Shown here piece by piece: positions 36,882-45,613 of a stretch of DNA of 45,613 nucleotides. Each line of letters opens with the position of its first letter. The stretch's first letter is position 1. Both the position numbers and the translations under genes were made by a program. This DNA is from Chitinophaga pinensis (GTDB lineage Bacteria; Bacteroidota; Bacteroidia; Chitinophagales; Chitinophagaceae), in the NCBI GenBank assembly GCA_943371455.1, contig CALRUV010000001.1:1-45613 (forward strand). The letters run 5' to 3'. The notes beneath the pieces were generated by a model. It made no database searches. It saw only the letters and a program-made list of their open reading frames with translations, and was not told the origin of the DNA.

Positions 36882-39800
36882 CTATCTCTTTTACAGAGAT
36901 TGCACCTCGAACACTTCCATCTTCCATTTCAAAGGCTTTATCTTCGGTAACTATTAAAGTACCATTTGCACCGCCACTTTCGAGAATAGCGTTTTCTTTA
37001 TACCATTGGTATTTTTCTTCCCAACGCTGTTTGTATTCATCGTCAAACAACATTCCGCAATGCTCCCAGTAATATATTTCGCCTGATTCTTCATTTTCAA
37101 TGGTGAAATCGGGCAACTTTTCTACTTCCTTGATGGTTAGTTTCTTTTCGTACAAAGGATTTAGGTTGTTATCAATTAGGCGTTGATAAATCAATAATTC
37201 ACTTTTTGAACGAAGCATTTTGCCATCGCTGGCTTGATGAATTAAATTTTTCTCTAAGTATTGTCCTTCAACTTCTACCAGTTCGGGTTTTACAAATAAA
37301 TTGGTAATGCGTTTAAGTGCATCCGATTTTAAAGGTGATGCCAATGCTTTTATATCAAAAGCATTGCCTTGATACAAGAGTATTACTTTATCTTTTTGAC
37401 GAGTAAGAGAAGTGTACAGCATTTCCCTTGACAACAGAAAGCAAGGGTTTGGAATAACTAAAAACACTTTTCCAAATTCACTGCCTTGTGCTTTATGCAC
37501 TGTTAAGGCATAAGCCAATTCCAAAGGATTATTGTTTTCTTCGGCAAACTCCCAAGACTTGAAAGAATATTTAAACCCCTTTTGAGAAGTAAATTCAATT
37601 TCAGTGTTTTTTGGTTTACCCTTAAAAGTCATTTTAGCAGTTTTAAACTGCCCTATAACAACACCAATTTCTCCATTAGCTACATAGTTTAATGCATTAG
37701 TATCAGGCCATACATCCTTAGGGTTTCTTCTCGAATTAAAAAGATTAATCACTTTATCACCGTACACTATTTCTTCTAAGCCAATGGGTGATGGGATTTT
37801 GCCGTATCTATCTCTTGCATACTTTACCTTATCTTCTCTAAACAGTTTGTGTATTTTCCGATTGATAGCCCTTACACCAAATATTTTTTCACGAATTGGA
37901 GATAGTATTTGCCAAGCCTCTGCCTTGTTAGCAGCTTCTTTAAAATTAAAATATCTGCCATCACTTGAGCCAAGCGATTGGTTGAATGTTTGCACATCTT
38001 CAATAGAACTCATACCCAACTCGTCCACCAGTACCTTTTCAAATGTTTTGTCAAAGTCGGCTTCGTTTTCCCAACTTTCCATTCTTAGGTATTGCGAATT
38101 TGGTTTGGTTAATATTTGATTGATAATACTGTCTGCACCTGGTTCTAAAGTTTCGCCACTAAACCATTCAGCTAATTGCAAATCTTCCCGTTTTGAGCCT
38201 CCTTGTCTACGTTTGATGGTTAGCTCTGCATAACCTTTTTTTACTCTTGGAAATGCGGTTTCAATTCCCTCTGGCTTTAAGAAATTGATAATATCTACAA
38301 ATGGTCTTCCTGCTCCAATGGGTGGTAACTGTCTGTGGTCGCCTACTAAAATAAAACGCTTTACACCTTTTAAACAGTCCATAGTAGTAGCCAACATTTC
38401 TTCGGTTAGCATTGAGGCTTCATCTAAGATTACTGTTTCGTATTGCCCTTCACAATATCTATCTGAAAAAACATATTGCTGTATATCTCCATTGTACCTA
38501 TCAAAACCTGATAGGAATTGAGCCAATGTTTTAGCGGTAACTTGCAGGTTCCTTGCCACCTCTTCCATTCTTACCCTTGCCTTTCCTGTAGGTGCTAAAA
38601 GTAAAACTCCATTATTTTCAACTTCTTTTTGACCTGCTAAAATGGTAAGCAATGTAGTTTTACCTGTACCTGCTGGTCCAATTAAAACCGAAAAACGAGC
38701 TTCAGCAATTTCATTTAATGCAGTAGCTTTTTCTTTTCTTGCATTTAATTCTTGTGCATCAGGTTCGCCTTTGGTAAATGGCTTTAATGCTTCATCTAAT
38801 AATTTTTGCCAATTGGCTGTAAGTGGTAAACGCTTGCCATTTATTCTATCACTTATTTTCTGACTTATGATATTTCTTGTTTCAGAAAATCGTTGCAATT
38901 GATAGGCTCTTTCGCCATCTTTCATTTCTTCTAAAACAATACTGCCTGTAAAACATTCTTCTGCCAGTTCATAATAATCGCTGTTAATGGCACATGTGGG
39001 AGATAGAGAAAGTTCCCTGATTTGTTTTATAATTTCTTTTCGAGGCAATAAGGTATGACCTTGCAAGGCTGCATATTCTAATTGCTGAATAGTAATTGCC
39101 CTGATACGATGTATTTCAAAAGGATCATCATAAACCAATTGGTCGGGTAATAAATTATCCAATGGGTTTTTAAGATATAAACCTAAATCAATGGTGCTAA
39201 GGGCAACAGGGGTAGTGGTGAAGCGTAAATCCTCATAAATCAAATAAGTGTTTGATAGGTATTCTTCGTCTTTGCGAATAATACCCAATGCCTCTCTTTC
39301 TTCTGCTACAAAAAGAAAAGTTGCCTGTTCAATACTTAAGTCGAAGCGGCTTAATAAGTGTAGAAATTTTATTCGTGTTGGTGTTGATTTTTCTTTTAGG
39401 CGTTTGTATAATTTATTTGAATTGAAAGGTATTAATGCAGCTACAGCATCTGATAAAATACCTTTAGGATTATCTAATGCCTTTTCAAAAAGCAACCACG
39501 GATTATCTTTATCCTCTTTTAGTTGATTGATAATTTCAGCAGCTACAAAATGACCTTTTTCAATTCCAAATGCACAAAGGGCTGCACCCATACCCGGATA
39601 TGCACCTCTTAGTTTTTCAAGTTGTGCAATTTCATTGTGTATCCATTGTATGCTTGTTTGATGATTTTCCCCAATGCCTAAATCTTCTGCTTTTTCTAAT
39701 GATTTAATACAGTCTAATAATACCCTGATGGCACTATCGTTACTTACATGTTCTGTGCCATACGAAAACTCAAAGCGTTTATCGTTGGGAACTATTACAG

Positions 39801-40593
39801 CTAATTCGGCTACATCAAAACTTGGTGTTTCTTGTTGGTATTCTATGGCAGAATGATACGGTAGTAAAAAGCCATTTTTACCATCTTTGCGAATGGAGTG
39901 TAAAATCATATGCTCCCAATAGGCTGCACCAAAACGGTTGTTGCTGCCTTCGTAGGCCTCCGAAGCAATTATTTTATTGATTTTACCTACACCTGCCAAT
40001 ACTCTGCCTGAAGCCTCTACAAATGGCACTTGTTTGGCATAAAAAAACACTAAAGAAGTTTCTTCTTGCAAATGCTCAAAAAAGCAATTGAGTAATGCTT
40101 TTTGATTGGTTATTTCTTGCACCCAATGGTCGCCTCCGTTACTTGCCCAGTCTAATTGTGGCTCTTTGGCATCATCATAGTTTAAATCGTAAAGTGCGGT
40201 TTTTTCTTTTGCATTTTCTTTTAGCATCCAATGGTAAGGCACTGCTGCTGCTCCAAACGCAGGAAACTGAACTCTTGTAGGTTTTAGATGACCGTGTGTG
40301 TTGGGTGAACTCAATGCATACGGATGTTTTAATGTTTTATCGATGCCGAAAGAAGCCATAAATGTGGCTCTTTCGCCAATACAAACTGGGTATTGCTCTT
40401 CGGTAAGATTGCTTAATAACTGACCTGCCAACGATTGTTCCTGTTCATCGTTACGGTTGAGGGCACAATTTTTTAAAATTAAACAAGCACCATTGGCTTT
40501 GGGATTGTTGCAAACAGAACCATTCCAGCCGTTATCGTGCCAGGGTACACGAACAGAAAGGTGTTTTAATATATATCGTGGATTGTGCTTCAT
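36850..40593 (-). CDS. RecD2-like SF1B helicase with a Cys/His-rich N-terminal domain and a C-terminal PD-(D/E)XK-like nuclease
   Basis: GPAGTGKTT, LAPTGKA, LDEASM, GDHRQLPPIGAG, AYALTVHKAQGSEF, LYTSLTR. C-terminal RSKSE...LPDFTI...YWEHCGM. Confidence 0.9.
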   Translation of the reverse strand: MKHNPRYILKHLSVRVPWHDNGWNGSVCNNPKANGACLILKNCALNRNDEQEQSLAGQLLSNLTEEQYPVCIGERATFMASFGIDKTLKHPYALSSPNTHGHLKPTRVQFPAFGAAAVPYHWMLKENAKEKTALYDLNYDDAKEPQLDWASNGGDHWVQEITNQKALLNCFFEHLQEETSLVFFYAKQVPFVEASGRVLAGVGKINKIIASEAYEGSNNRFGAAYWEHMILHSIRKDGKNGFLLPYHSAIEYQQETPSFDVAELAVIVPNDKRFEFSYGTEHVSNDSAIRVLLDCIKSLEKAEDLGIGENHQTSIQWIHNEIAQLEKLRGAYPGMGAALCAFGIEKGHFVAAEIINQLKEDKDNPWLLFEKALDNPKGILSDAVAALIPFNSNKLYKRLKEKSTPTRIKFLHLLSRFDLSIEQATFLFVAEEREALGIIRKDEEYLSNTYLIYEDLRFTTTPVALSTIDLGLYLKNPLDNLLPDQLVYDDPFEIHRIRAITIQQLEYAALQGHTLLPRKEIIKQIRELSLSPTCAINSDYYELAEECFTGSIVLEEMKDGERAYQLQRFSETRNIISQKISDRINGKRLPLTANWQKLLDEALKPFTKGEPDAQELNARKEKATALNEIAEARFSVLIGPAGTGKTTLLTILAGQKEVENNGVLLLAPTGKARVRMEEVARNLQVTAKTLAQFLSGFDRYNGDIQQYVFSDRYCEGQYETVILDEASMLTEEMLATTMDCLKGVKRFILVGDHRQLPPIGAGRPFVDIINFLKPEGIETAFPRVKKGYAELTIKRRQGGSKREDLQLAEWFSGETLEPGADSIINQILTKPNSQYLRMESWENEADFDKTFEKVLVDELGMSSIEDVQTFNQSLGSSDGRYFNFKEAANKAEAWQILSPIREKIFGVRAINRKIHKLFREDKVKYARDRYGKIPSPIGLEEIVYGDKVINLFNSRRNPKDVWPDTNALNYVANGEIGVVIGQFKTAKMTFKGKPKNTEIEFTSQKGFKYSFKSWEFAEENNNPLELAYALTVHKAQGSEFGKVFLVIPNPCFLLSREMLYTSLTRQKDKVILLYQGNAFDIKALASPLKSDALKRITNLFVKPELVEVEGQYLEKNLIHQASDGKMLRSKSELLIYQRLIDNNLNPLYEKKLTIKEVEKLPDFTIENEESGEIYYWEHCGMLFDDEYKQRWEEKYQWYKENAILESGGANGTLIVTEDKAFEMEDGSVRGAISVKEIDEIIKAKFKR
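40496..40593 (-). repeat. 98-bp direct repeat copy 1 (5' end of the RecD2-like gene)
   Basis: 93/98 identical to 41665-41762. Confidence 0.9.
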
Positions 40594-40610
40594 AGTAATA
40601 AGAATTAAAT

Positions 40611-41609
40611 TTATCGTTCAGCCATAAAATAATTGATGATTTTGTTATGATTAATCTCACATACACTCGCCTTTAAGTCATAATTAGCTGCAATTTCACT
40701 GAGTATATTTAAGAATACAAGTTCGTCTGTTTCACTTATTTTTTTTGTGAAGTATAAATCCATTAAAAAATCATAAATACCATATTCTGGTTTTTCTAAA
40801 AAATTATTGAGTGACATAATAAACTGGTCACCCTTAATTGAAAGAAAATCATTTGCAGCTTCAGAAATAGTTTCTCTAAAATTTTCACCCATCAAAAACT
40901 CACTATCCTTGCCTTCAAAAAACTGAAGAGATATATGTTGGCAGTTGTTAATCTTAGCTAAATGACTGTAATCTTTATCTTTTGGTTCATTATAAATAGA
41001 ATGATTACAAAAAGGACACACTATTGTATGCATATCAAACCTCGAAATCAAAGCATCAACCTTCAAACTACTATTAATAGGTTTTGCAATATCAAAGTCA
41101 CTACTTTTTAAAACAATTTGTGTTGCTAACTCTGCACCAAACTGAAATGCTATTAATAGTATTCTTTCTGTTAAATCATTTACTATATAACCTTCATCAT
41201 CAAATTCTTTTTTATGACTTATTACAAAATCGTAAAGTGAGTTCGATATTTCTAGTAAAGCAATATGGTTAATATAGAGGGTTACACTTTGGGGAAAGTC
41301 AGGCTCTTCTAACGTAATTAAATCATCTTGACTATAATTTAAATTAACAGGGAAGTTGAAATGTGTTTTGATAGCGGTTTCAATTCCTTTATCGTAGAAA
41401 TAAGCAAATGCCTTGTTCATCAATTCTTTCAGGTCCTTAAATTCAACTTCTAAATCTGAAAGATTGTTTTCAAAAAATTCAGAAATAAGTGGATATGCAT
41501 CTGCTTCATCTATTTCAATATTTTGAAGTTTGTTTTGATTGAGAATAGAATATTTTTCTCCAATTTTTCGTGCTATTAATTCAATACTATCAAAAATATC
41601 TTTCTTCAT
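40611..41609 (-). CDS. Acidic hypothetical protein with CxxC motif
   Basis: 332-aa ORF with CPFCNH...NCQH; lies between the 98-bp repeats. Confidence 0.7.
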   Translation of the reverse strand: MKKDIFDSIELIARKIGEKYSILNQNKLQNIEIDEADAYPLISEFFENNLSDLEVEFKDLKELMNKAFAYFYDKGIETAIKTHFNFPVNLNYSQDDLITLEEPDFPQSVTLYINHIALLEISNSLYDFVISHKKEFDDEGYIVNDLTERILLIAFQFGAELATQIVLKSSDFDIAKPINSSLKVDALISRFDMHTIVCPFCNHSIYNEPKDKDYSHLAKINNCQHISLQFFEGKDSEFLMGENFRETISEAANDFLSIKGDQFIMSLNNFLEKPEYGIYDFLMDLYFTKKISETDELVFLNILSEIAANYDLKASVCEINHNKIINYFMAER

Positions 41610-41657
41610 AAATTTTAATTTTTAATTAAATAGACTTAATAGTTTGTTTTATTTTTT

Positions 41658-41762
41658 TTACAATGCTTTGGGATTGATGCAAACAGAACCATTCCAGCCG
41701 TTATCGTGCCAGGGAACACGAACAGAAAGGTGCTTTAATATGTATCGTGGATTATGCTTCAT
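41658..41762 (-). pseudogene. 34-aa truncated duplicate of the RecD2-like gene start (repeat copy 2)
   Basis: MKHNPRYILKHLSVRVPWHDNGWNGSVCINPKAL*. Its ATG overlaps the end of the 453-aa gene. Confidence 0.85.
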
Positions 41763-43113
41763 TGTTTTGATTTGATTTAACAATAACATCCTCTAAACCC
41801 CAAGTTTTCCAAACTTGACCAAAAAGACAGGGATTGGGGTCAGCTGCTTTTGCTCTTAACCAAGGACTATACCTACAGTTTTCATCTGTGTATTCTTCAA
41901 CACCGTTTAACTTGGCCCTAAGGTTGCAGTAATCTATCATTTCACATTTATATGTATCGTGAGTTATACCCTTTTGATACATTTTATATATCTGGTCAAA
42001 CACCCAAAAATATTCGGAACGGGTTTCGTAAGATATAGCAGTAGGTTGTATAAAAGTCATATCACCTTCATCATTCACAACAATTGGAGAGCCGAGTTTA
42101 TGCAGTAGATTGACAAAGAATTTATTATTTACTTTACCATTGCTAAGTATTGAACCACCTCTAACAATATCAAGAATAAAAAATGGATTTGAAATTCTAA
42201 GGTCAACAGCACTTGTTATCTCATAATTAATCCATTCACGATTGTCTTTGAATAAAGGTGTGGTAAAATAATCACTCAATTGACCTATTGATGAAGCAGA
42301 AGTGCTAATTAATAGTTGTTGAACAGTTGAGTGTCCGTGATGATTAAAAGAAACATTTGAATAAACAAAATGATAAATAGATTCTGGAGATTGGGGAATA
42401 AAACTAACTCTTGCCATTTCACTTAAAGTATCAAAAACAAAAGCACCTGGATTAAAAAGCATCATACAAGAGTCACAAAGTGCAATGATGTTTTGTGCAT
42501 TTTCGCTGAATCCGGGCAGCAAATAGTCGCACATTATCCTAATTGATTCATAAGGCATTTTTGCAGGTTTAGGTAAAACATCAGGATATAAAATCCTTTC
42601 AATTTCATATGCCATACTTTCACTTACACAATAAGCACCAATGGTGTACTTGTAACTCTTTCCTAGTTTATCACTAAAATCAATAACGACCTTTTCTACA
42701 GTTATTTGCCCTTTATTAGAAGTAACGGGCTCAATGCACTTGCAAATACTATTTATTAGATTTACATCATTTAATCTACTACCACCACCTAAGTAAATCC
42801 TCTTCAGGTGCCAGTTTGCTTTTACATCATTTTCTTCTATAGCTTCAGGCTCAAAGGGAACTTTTACTTCATTCAAATTATTTGAAAGGGTATTGGCATT
42901 TGTAAGTTTTATATAATCAACAATTGAAGCGATATTCATTAATCCACAAGTAGAAGAAATATCTTGCAAAAAGTGAATATACTCGTGTAAATAGGTTGCT
43001 TCAGTTTGTATTGAAACAGTTTCAAGTTTTTGCAAATCCTCTGTTGAATGGATATGCATTTTTAAAAATGCTGAATTATAGAACCCAAGTTTGCTGTTTA
43101 ATTCTTCTCTCAT
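41752..43113 (-). CDS. Hypothetical protein with an HEXXH zincin metalloprotease motif
   Basis: TYLHEYIHFLQD with downstream VSESMAYEIE (possible third ligand) and a Cys-rich C-terminus. Confidence 0.65.
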   Translation of the reverse strand: MREELNSKLGFYNSAFLKMHIHSTEDLQKLETVSIQTEATYLHEYIHFLQDISSTCGLMNIASIVDYIKLTNANTLSNNLNEVKVPFEPEAIEENDVKANWHLKRIYLGGGSRLNDVNLINSICKCIEPVTSNKGQITVEKVVIDFSDKLGKSYKYTIGAYCVSESMAYEIERILYPDVLPKPAKMPYESIRIMCDYLLPGFSENAQNIIALCDSCMMLFNPGAFVFDTLSEMARVSFIPQSPESIYHFVYSNVSFNHHGHSTVQQLLISTSASSIGQLSDYFTTPLFKDNREWINYEITSAVDLRISNPFFILDIVRGGSILSNGKVNNKFFVNLLHKLGSPIVVNDEGDMTFIQPTAISYETRSEYFWVFDQIYKMYQKGITHDTYKCEMIDYCNLRAKLNGVEEYTDENCRYSPWLRAKAADPNPCLFGQVWKTWGLEDVIVKSNQNNEA

Positions 43114-43116
43114 AGT

Positions 43117-44364
43117 TTATAATTTATTCACTCTCACTTTCCCACTTAATAAATCTTGCATTAAACCAGTTTTTAAGGATTGGAGTTTGGATAGATTCGT
43201 CATTTCTGAAATAATCATTGAATTAACTGCTTCCCATTTTTCAACAATTCTATTTTGTTCTTCAATATTGGGATAAATAAATTTTAGACTTAAAACAATT
43301 TGCTTATTTAGTACTGGCATTGTACCTCCTGTTGCTAAATTTATAAGTTGAGAATTTATGGAATTATCTGTTAGGTACTCGGCAAAAAAATTAATATTGG
43401 TTTTTTTTGAATCCAAACTAAACTTTATTAAACGAGGGTTTATAATACCATCTTCAAAATTTTCAGGAATAATTAGGACGCTACCAATTGTCCCAACACA
43501 ACTAAGTAAAACATCGTCTTTATTAACTTTAAAACCTATGAGGCTTTTATACTTTTTTTCGTCAATATAGTAATCACCAATAAAGGCATTATTTGCGATT
43601 ACTTGCTCTTGTCCATAAATTTTAAATCCTTTTTCCACATAGTACTCTTTTTTTACACTAGACCCAAAAGGACCTGGCTTTATGGCATTATTATTATCCT
43701 TTGTGAATTTGGTAATATCTACACATTCCCATTCCTTTGGTATTCTACCTAATGGGCTATCTTTAAATTCGTGGGTTTGTTCCGTTCTTACGTTACCGTT
43801 TTCATCAATGCCTTTTGTGAGTAGGTCTTGCATTAAGCCTGTTTTTATACGGGTGTATTTGGCTATTAATGCTTCTGTATTTGTTATAGCTTGGTCTGTT
43901 TTAGAAAGAATGTCGGCAATGGATTGTTGTTCAGTAAATTCAGGAAGTAGAACTTCAATTTTACTATATTCTGAAATCCATCTTCTTTTATGGTCTCCCC
44001 CTGTTTCGGTAATTTTTATTGTTTGAATTTTTTCAAAAGCATATTTCAAATCAATTTCCTTTTCATCAACTGCTTTTAAAAACTTCATTGCAGAAGATTT
44101 CACCTTGAAAGAAAAATCTACAAACTTTGTATCGGTTGTAAAATCATCAAAAATTATAACAGGTGTTTCAGAATAAATATTATCGGTTTCATTCGTGTAA
44201 CCTAAAATAAAAGATTTACCTGCTGTTAATACTGGCGTTCCTGACTTTGCATCGTAATTGGTAGATTTTACAATAAACCTATATGGCTGTGCATATCTTA
44301 AAACCTTGCCTAAAGCCACTTTTCTCCAACCTTCTGGAATTTGCATTTGATTTTCTACCGACAT
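43117..44364 (-). CDS. hsdS: Type I R-M specificity subunit S
   Basis: Two TRD-conserved-region repeats: IPEGW / IPKEW, P...EQ..I, and KTGLMQDLL twice. Confidence 0.95.
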   Translation of the reverse strand: MSVENQMQIPEGWRKVALGKVLRYAQPYRFIVKSTNYDAKSGTPVLTAGKSFILGYTNETDNIYSETPVIIFDDFTTDTKFVDFSFKVKSSAMKFLKAVDEKEIDLKYAFEKIQTIKITETGGDHKRRWISEYSKIEVLLPEFTEQQSIADILSKTDQAITNTEALIAKYTRIKTGLMQDLLTKGIDENGNVRTEQTHEFKDSPLGRIPKEWECVDITKFTKDNNNAIKPGPFGSSVKKEYYVEKGFKIYGQEQVIANNAFIGDYYIDEKKYKSLIGFKVNKDDVLLSCVGTIGSVLIIPENFEDGIINPRLIKFSLDSKKTNINFFAEYLTDNSINSQLINLATGGTMPVLNKQIVLSLKFIYPNIEEQNRIVEKWEAVNSMIISEMTNLSKLQSLKTGLMQDLLSGKVRVNKL

Positions 44365-44365
44365 A

Positions 44366-45613
44366 TTAATTCAAATATTTTAATTTGGTTAGAAAATCGG
44401 TTAGTTCGGCCATCGTTTGGTTACGGCTTAATTCTATGCTTTGTGCCGAAGTAAAGTATTTATCAAACAAGTTTTCGTAAGCACTTATCAGCGTTCGTTT
44501 TTCGGCATTTAAATAGCGTTGCAGTTGGTTGTTTATAATATCAAAATGTTTTTTCAATATCAACATTTGTGCTTGCTCGGTAGTAATAATACCGCCTATT
44601 TCCTCTAATAAACTATCCAACTTATTTAGCTTGGCTTGTATAATGCCTTTGTCTTTTATTAAAGCATTATAGCCTTTAGTTATTTCCTTAAACTGTTTTT
44701 GGGCTTCTATTACTTTTGATAGCTTGTGCAAGGTTTCGGCTTTGTTTTCTTTGTCTGCCTTCAATGCCTTTTCTAATGCGGTTGTTGATTTTTTTATTTG
44801 GTCAAAATCTGCACTATTTTTTAAATCCCCAATAAAATCAACAATTAGGTTTTCAATAGCTGCATCCAGTTTGTCAAGTTCAGTATTAGCAGTTAGCAAT
44901 AGTTTTTTGCTTTCAGCTTTTTCATCATCCGTACCGTAGCGTTTAATGATGAGTTTTAGCTCCAGTTCAGCTTGTTTGGCTTTTAGTGTAGCCTTTAGTT
45001 CTTTAATTTCTTTTTCAGTGTCCAGTATTTTCTTTTCAGCTTCCTGATAGGGTTTAGCTTCTTCGGGCTTTTTCTTTTCATCTACCACATAAGCAATTTG
45101 TTTTTTTAGTTGCTCTTTTACTTTGGCAGTTGGTATGGTAGTTTCATCTTCTTCGGGTATTAATTCTAAAAGGTTTATTGCTTCTTCAATGGCTTCATCC
45201 AAAATGGTTTCTTTTTCGGATTGTGCTATTTCTAAAGTTTCTATCTCTATTTTTTCTTTTTGAAAAAATTCAGCTATTAAATAATCATCGGGTATTAAAC
45301 CAGCATCCCAACCGTTTTGCATAATGGTTTTGAGGTCGTACTTAATATTATCCCACCAGTTTACAAAAACCCCTGCTACCTGAAACTTATCTAATACACC
45401 AATAGGCACAAACTTTTCTTTGATGGTATCTAATAACTCCTTACGCACTTTTGGTATTTTATCGCCTCCTAATGCTATATAGGCTATCATACCTTCCATT
45501 GCAACATTGGCTTGCATCGGCTCAACAATGGGGGCTAATTTTGAGAAATCTTCTTTAGCTATTTGCCACCAGTCGGCAAGGTTCAAGCCTAAATGCAATA
45601 GTGTTTCTTTTAC
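44366..45613 (-). CDS. hsdM: C-terminal helical extension of type I R-M methyltransferase subunit M (5' part outside the window)
   Basis: Frame is open to the window edge and ends 1 nt before hsdS. VAGVFVNWW and ENLFDKY...L..FL..L.Y resemble long-form HsdM C-termini. Catalytic motifs are not visible. Confidence 0.75.
   Translation of the reverse strand, partial: VKETLLHLGLNLADWWQIAKEDFSKLAPIVEPMQANVAMEGMIAYIALGGDKIPKVRKELLDTIKEKFVPIGVLDKFQVAGVFVNWWDNIKYDLKTIMQNGWDAGLIPDDYLIAEFFQKEKIEIETLEIAQSEKETILDEAIEEAINLLELIPEEDETTIPTAKVKEQLKKQIAYVVDEKKKPEEAKPYQEAEKKILDTEKEIKELKATLKAKQAELELKLIIKRYGTDDEKAESKKLLLTANTELDKLDAAIENLIVDFIGDLKNSADFDQIKKSTTALEKALKADKENKAETLHKLSKVIEAQKQFKEITKGYNALIKDKGIIQAKLNKLDSLLEEIGGIITTEQAQMLILKKHFDIINNQLQRYLNAEKRTLISAYENLFDKYFTSAQSIELSRNQTMAELTDFLTKLKYLN

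Larger units (their letters stand above)
23371..45613. mobile_element. tRNA-integrated element / genomic island (continues beyond the right edge)
   Basis: att remnant followed by RteC-like and excisionase-like genes and R-M cargo. No integrase in the window. Confidence 0.65.

Noticed and set aside
43117-44364. Phase-variable hsdS shufflon
   Set aside because: There is only one hsdS, with no invertase or inverted repeats seen. The internal repeats are the normal conserved regions.
415-44939. Numerous 60-140 aa ORFs antisense to or nested in long genes (e.g. 1923-2291, 14331-14756, 20353-20757, 34543-34893, 43682-44026)
   Set aside because: They are shadow ORFs of well-supported genes with no independent motifs.

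Overview
This is an AT-rich Bacteroidota-type window (Chitinophagaceae-like by inference) that is almost entirely accessory. It has three parts. (1) Bases 1-4782 hold a sulfur-oxidation-type cluster: TsdA-like diheme cytochrome c, Tat-exported SoxB-like hydrolase, OprD-type porin and Crp/Fnr regulator. (2) Bases ~4860-23340 are an accreted, partly decaying defence region. It contains hipBST with three phased operators, gene fragments between direct repeats, and an integron-cassette-like remnant. It also has an operon of PLD-SNF2 helicase, N6-adenine methyltransferase (split by one in-frame TAA), a RibD-type deaminase/GHKL-like/wHTH fusion and a DprA/SLOG protein. A small gene followed by a ~30-unit G-rich heptamer array, an SRA-HNH nuclease and a Panacea TA pair complete this part. 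(3) From a tRNA 3'-end att remnant at 23371-23391 to the right edge lies an integrative element with RteC-like and excisionase genes and a type I R-M operon. About 13 kb of cargo sits between hsdS and hsdR: an HEXXH protein, an unknown protein inserted with a 98-bp gene-start duplication, a RecD2-like helicase-nuclease and a 2.3-kaa sacsin-type ATPase/UPF1-like helicase. The best candidates for undescribed systems are the deaminase-ATPase fusion operon, the two-helicase cargo module and the gene + heptamer array. All functional calls come from motif reading only; no searches were run.
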